In this document: positions 20,821 through 24,000 of the stretch, piece by piece | Layout: each line of letters begins with the position of its first letter | Numbering within the stretch: position 1 is the stretch's first letter | NCBI GenBank assembly: GCA_001782675.1 | Contig: MFPJ01000020.1 | Coordinates: 1 to 24,000 of the forward strand | DNA length: 24,000 nt | Direction: 5' to 3' | Source of the DNA: Candidatus Levybacteria bacterium RIFCSPLOWO2_12_FULL_39_17 | GTDB lineage: Bacteria; Patescibacteriota; Microgenomatia; Levybacterales; GWA1-39-11 | The notes under the pieces: model-generated | Databases searched by the model: none | What the model was told of the DNA's origin: nothing | What the model saw: the letters and a program-made list of their open reading frames with translations, nothing else | Position numbers and translations under genes: made by a program

Positions 20821-20826
20821 TGTAGG
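20789..20826. repeat. 38-nt hairpin element, copy 3 (cctacataaacttccacgatcgtggaaaatagtgtagg)
   Basis: A 16-nt perfect palindrome TTCCACGATCGTGGAA (20800-20815) with outer stem CCTACA/TGTAGG. It overlaps the PaaX-like stop codon and lies ~26 nt upstream of the pilin-gene -35. Confidence 0.8.
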
Positions 20827-20851
20827 GGTTGCATTCAAGAATGATATATCA

Positions 20852-20879
20852 TTGACAGCAAGAGACGAATTTATATATT
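20852..20879 (+). promoter_or_regulatory. Sigma70-like promoter of the pilin-like gene (TTGACA-16-TATATT)
   Basis: TTGACA 20852-20857 and TATATT 20874-20879. The ATG at 20888 lies only 8 nt after the -10, implying a leaderless or near-leaderless mRNA. No SD is present. Confidence 0.45.
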
Positions 20880-20887
20880 CTCAAACT

Positions 20888-21691
20888 ATGTCTCCACAAA
20901 AAATTCGACATTTAGAAACTCAACCCAATGCTGGGTTTACTCTTGTTGAGCTTGTTGTGTCAATTGCAATTTTTGCGGTTTTTGTTTTCGCGGTTACCCT
21001 CTCTTTTAATCCAAAATGGCAGCTTGATAAGGCACGGGATAGTCAGAGGAAGCAAGACTTAACGCAAATAAGAAGCGCTCTTGATTCATATTACAACGAC
21101 TTTAACTGTTATCCGGCATCAGTTCCTTTTGGACAAGAGTGGAGTTCGGGCAATGTTATCTATATGAAAAAAGTCCCCCAGGATCCCGAGTGTCCACGCA
21201 CAGGATACTGTTATATTTATCAGACGGAAGAGACAGTTTCCTGCCCTCAATGGAATATTTTATATACCCATTTGGTCAGACCAACAAAGCAATTATGTAT
21301 TGCTCGGGAGTCTTGTCTTACCCGCAATCCTCCTGTTCGTATTTCAATGAGTACAAAGTATAATTTTTGCATTTTATCAGGAGATATAGATTGCGAGTAT
21401 CTGCGGGATAATCCATTCCCCACACCAATAGTTCCTACTTCAACCCCGGTTCCCCCAACCTCGACTCCCGCTCCTACCTCAACCCCCGGGCCAACTCCTA
21501 CTCCCGGCGGACCAACGCCTACACCCGGAAATCCCTGTGGTCCCGGCGATCCAAATTCGCCTTATGCCTGCAGTACGGGGAATTGCAATACCTTCAGAGA
21601 CAGACAGCCCGAGTGCACATGGAACGGCGGACCAACGCAATGCTACTGTACTTCAAATTGTGACGGGGTGGATTGCTCAGACGCCCCCTAG
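20888..21691 (+). CDS. Type IV pilin-like protein (prepilin N-terminal cleavage/methylation motif) with a Pro/Thr linker and Cys-rich C-terminal module
   Basis: The track ORF starts at GTG 20810. ATG 20888 gives the leader MSPQKIRHLETQPNAG followed by FTLVELVVSIAIFAVFVFAV (class III signal G|FTLVE). The linker is PTSTPVPPTSTPAPTSTPGPTPTPGGPTPTPG. The C-terminal ~50 aa contain 8 Cys. Confidence 0.8.
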   Translation: MSPQKIRHLETQPNAGFTLVELVVSIAIFAVFVFAVTLSFNPKWQLDKARDSQRKQDLTQIRSALDSYYNDFNCYPASVPFGQEWSSGNVIYMKKVPQDPECPRTGYCYIYQTEETVSCPQWNILYTHLVRPTKQLCIARESCLTRNPPVRISMSTKYNFCILSGDIDCEYLRDNPFPTPIVPTSTPVPPTSTPAPTSTPGPTPTPGGPTPTPGNPCGPGDPNSPYACSTGNCNTFRDRQPECTWNGGPTQCYCTSNCDGVDCSDAP

Positions 21692-21784
21692 TCTCGCCAA
21701 CGGCAGGGGTACCCCTTGCCTACTCTTGACATTTTTTTGGATTTATTTCTTAATTAAAGTTAGAGCAGCAATTTTCTTAGGAAT

Positions 21785-22381
21785 GTGAGTAAGAAGAAGA
21801 TTAAAAGAAAGAAAATGACAGTTCAGGGAGTTAAAGATTTTATTATTAGAAATCAAACCGCTTTTATTATTGCCGGTGCTTCTGCCGTTATTGTCGTTCT
21901 TGTTTTGGGGATAGCGTTGATTGCCGTTAAGGAAAAAAGCATAGCTTGGCCTCGGATTACCGTCCAAAACAATACTCCCGCCGGGAGCGTGCCAAGCAGT
22001 ATTCCAACTCCCTCGCCCACTCCCACCCCTACGCCAGTTCCTCTGGCTCAGGGTCCGCAAACCTACTCAATAAGCCAAAAAGATGCAACGCCGGTTATGT
22101 ACGAAGTGTGGTTTTCAACCATTGATCCCAAGAAGGGAATGCAAAAAGTAAATCTTAAAGTTCGAGATAAGGCAGGGAACGTTACAGAGGCGGTCACAAT
22201 TATTAAAACAGATAATAAAGCGGAGGAACATCCCCTGTCTCTTTCCTCGGGAACCAATAAAGACGGGGCATGGATGGGGGAATGGAGCGTTAATGACTCG
22301 TACAACTTTAACTTTATGATTACCTTTCAGGCAAAAGACGATAAAGGTAATGAGTCTTCCGTTGATCTTACGGTAAGATGA
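21785..22381 (+). CDS. Membrane-anchored protein with a PT linker and a beta-rich (Ig-like?) ectodomain
   Basis: GTG 21785 (alternative ATG 21815). Basic N-terminus, TM helix FIIAGASAVIVVLVLGIALIAV, linker PTPSPTPTPTPVP, and a ~110-aa C-terminal domain of unknown family. Confidence 0.7.
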   Translation: MSKKKIKRKKMTVQGVKDFIIRNQTAFIIAGASAVIVVLVLGIALIAVKEKSIAWPRITVQNNTPAGSVPSSIPTPSPTPTPTPVPLAQGPQTYSISQKDATPVMYEVWFSTIDPKKGMQKVNLKVRDKAGNVTEAVTIIKTDNKAEEHPLSLSSGTNKDGAWMGEWSVNDSYNFNFMITFQAKDDKGNESSVDLTVR

Positions 22382-22385
22382 GCGC

Positions 22386-23861
22386 ATGAGAAATAAAAGG
22401 TTGTTATTAGTTATTAGTTTTTTTCTATTTACTATTTTCTATTTACTATTTACCGGGGATAAAGCCTATGCCGCGGCTTGTTCTAGCATTCCGGCCGGAG
22501 GAGATTACACTGTTTCATCCTCGTGTAACTTCTCAGGAACCGTAGATGGAGTGGATAACGGAAATCTCACAATAAATAATGGCACTACATTGACAATAAA
22601 TGCCGGTCAAACCGTTGTTTGGAATTCCGGCAAGAGTATTACGGTAAATGGTTCTATCATTATTAACTCAACGGGACAGCTAAAAAAAACCAATTTATGG
22701 ATGACAGATGCCGATTCAGATAACTATCCCGCCTCAACTACCCAAGTTGCTCAAGATAACGCACCGGCAAATGGGAGGAGACGAAACCTGATGAGCTCAG
22801 TAAGCTCTACCGACTGCAACGACAGCGATTCCACCTTGCAGCCTACCAGAACCTACTATACCGACGCCGACGCCGACGGTTACGGCGCAAGCGCTGGCTC
22901 GGAATGCCAAACCATTTCCACCTGGGGCAACAGCGCCTGCACAACAGCCGGTTCCGCTTATGCCAAAAATTCCGCAAGCACCTGTCGCCTAATTAGCGTT
23001 AGCGGCACCGACTGCGACGACACAAGGAATAATGTTTGGCTAACCTACAACGGTGTAGCTTTAGATGCAGATCAAGATGGTTATATTGCAAGCGGCAGTG
23101 AGCAATGGTGCGTGGGTAACTCTACTACGGTGAGCGGCAGAACTTATTATATGGATTACACCGGAATCTACAGGGGTTTGGTATATGGCCAGCAGCTTGG
23201 CTCAAGCGACTGTCTGGATTCTGATGGCACAAAATATCAGAACCTGACTGGCTACGCTTTTAGTTCGTGCGCCTTTGGCGCGTCCCAGCAGGTATGTTCC
23301 GGCTCTTCCTTGCCTAGCGGCTATTCGGCTAGAAACTATCTGTATGCCTTCTCCACCAGCACAACATATACTGGAAATTTAGGCGGAGTTACTGGGGCTG
23401 ACAGCAAGTGTCAGGCGCGGGCAAACGCCGCTGGCCTTGGCGGCACGTATACAGCCTGGATCTCACAATCAGCCACTACGGAGCCAAGGGATAGGGGCTT
23501 ATCAGCATGCGCCAGTGCTGGCGCTGGCAGCGCTGAATGGAGAGAAACAGACGGTACAACCGTAACAGTAAACAACTGGGCCGACTTAACGGATGGCAGC
23601 ATAGATAACTCCATCAATAGGAATGAAAATGGTAGCGCCGATTGTGGTTCCACATATGTGTGGACGTGCACTACATCGGGAGGGATTCTACATCAATATT
23701 GCTCGGAGACTCCAATTTGGGATTGCACGAATTGGTCATCTGCGGTTTCGTCAAACCAAGGTATGACTGGTCAGTGCACATCCGCCACCTATTGGACTGA
23801 TTTGGGGGAACTAACATGCGATCCTACCCTGCACTTATATTGCTTTCAAAGTGGGATTTAA
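22386..23861 (+). CDS. Secreted Cys-rich protein: beta-helix-like N-terminal region, three MopE-like D-x-D-x-DGY...DC-x-D repeats, and a C-terminal endostatin/DUF1554-like (C-type-lectin-fold) domain
   Basis: Signal peptide ...FTGDKAYA|AA. Repeats DADSDNY...TDCNDSD, DADADGY...TDCDDTR and DADQDGY...SDCLDSD. The C-terminal TYTGNLGGVTGADSKCQARANAAGLGGTYTAWIS...YVWTCT...CTNW...LHLYCF parallels the collagen XVIII endostatin / bacterial DUF1554 signature. Confidence 0.85.
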   Translation: MRNKRLLLVISFFLFTIFYLLFTGDKAYAAACSSIPAGGDYTVSSSCNFSGTVDGVDNGNLTINNGTTLTINAGQTVVWNSGKSITVNGSIIINSTGQLKKTNLWMTDADSDNYPASTTQVAQDNAPANGRRRNLMSSVSSTDCNDSDSTLQPTRTYYTDADADGYGASAGSECQTISTWGNSACTTAGSAYAKNSASTCRLISVSGTDCDDTRNNVWLTYNGVALDADQDGYIASGSEQWCVGNSTTVSGRTYYMDYTGIYRGLVYGQQLGSSDCLDSDGTKYQNLTGYAFSSCAFGASQQVCSGSSLPSGYSARNYLYAFSTSTTYTGNLGGVTGADSKCQARANAAGLGGTYTAWISQSATTEPRDRGLSACASAGAGSAEWRETDGTTVTVNNWADLTDGSIDNSINRNENGSADCGSTYVWTCTTSGGILHQYCSETPIWDCTNWSSAVSSNQGMTGQCTSATYWTDLGELTCDPTLHLYCFQSGI

Positions 23862-24000
23862 GCCGAAAAGTTATGGGCGAGCCATTGCCCAAAGGTTGAC
23901 CATCGGTTGGTAGATTTAAGATTTAAGCCGTCCGCTTTCCCTTCCAGAATAAAGTGTTTTATTCTGTCTAGCTCTTTTGCATAATCAATGTGGTCTAAAA
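23858..24000 (-). CDS. Hypothetical protein, C-terminal 46 codons (gene enters from right edge)
   Basis: The minus-strand frame is open from base 23998 to stop TAA (23860-23858): LDHIDYAKELDRIKHFILEGKADGLNLKSTNRWSTFGQWLAHNFSA. It is convergent with the 491-aa gene and overlaps it by 4 nt. No family recognised. Confidence 0.3.
   Translation of the reverse strand, partial: LDHIDYAKELDRIKHFILEGKADGLNLKSTNRWSTFGQWLAHNFSA

Noticed and set aside
23337-23861. Diversity-generating retroelement targeting the lectin-fold C-terminus
   Set aside because: No second copy (template repeat) of the 3' end of the gene and no reverse transcriptase are visible in the window. The 140 bp downstream belong to a convergent ORF. 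The idea is kept only as a genome-wide check.

Overview
AT-rich bacterial chromosome segment. Hand counts give about 28% GC in some 60-nt lines. Gene content and style suggest a small-genome CPR/Patescibacteria-like organism; this is inference with no database check. Recognisable genes are an S1-domain protein, radA, a PIN/TRAM protein, brnT/brnA, a fused GT2-GT4 glycosyltransferase translationally coupled to a 1172-aa polytopic envelope protein, a sortase-type surface protein, rho, a LysM-M23 peptidase, an O-antigen-ligase/TPR membrane protein, a PaaX-like regulator, a type IV pilin-like protein and two further secreted or anchored proteins. Most of these starts lack a Shine-Dalgarno (SD) sequence. 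The main anomaly is a ~3.3-kb GC-rich block (about 10.67-14.05 kb; single lines reach 60-75% GC). It carries seven small minus-strand genes for membrane, lipoprotein, secreted or very basic proteins that I cannot assign to any family. Six of the seven have an AAGGAGG-type SD; the start of the seventh (173 aa) is ambiguous. Some are translationally coupled. The block contains two perfect 88-bp direct repeats, is bracketed by a 14-bp perfect inverted repeat, and has no integrase, transposase or RT. It could be an unusual acquired envelope or lysis-like module, or an assembly chimera. The sequence alone cannot decide. Other structure outside the gene calls: (i) short 'word' repeats (7-9 nt periods: tgacaWctgaca, ttgaaYttttaa, gtattcY, tgatacY and others) occur between genes and also in frame inside CDSs, at least 7 times in the 1172-aa gene and once in radA; (ii) a 38-nt hairpin family with a CCACGATCGTGG core has three copies, two flanking the PaaX-like gene and one upstream of the GC-rich operon; (iii) 19-nt CCGAT-N3-ATCGG palindromes lie in the divergent rho / surface-protein control region; (iv) a C-rich, G-poor rut-like tract follows the surface-protein gene; (v) a 940-bp gene-poor gap holds a promoter/terminator-bounded sRNA candidate. 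I found no rRNA, tRNA, CRISPR array, transposase or DGR components.
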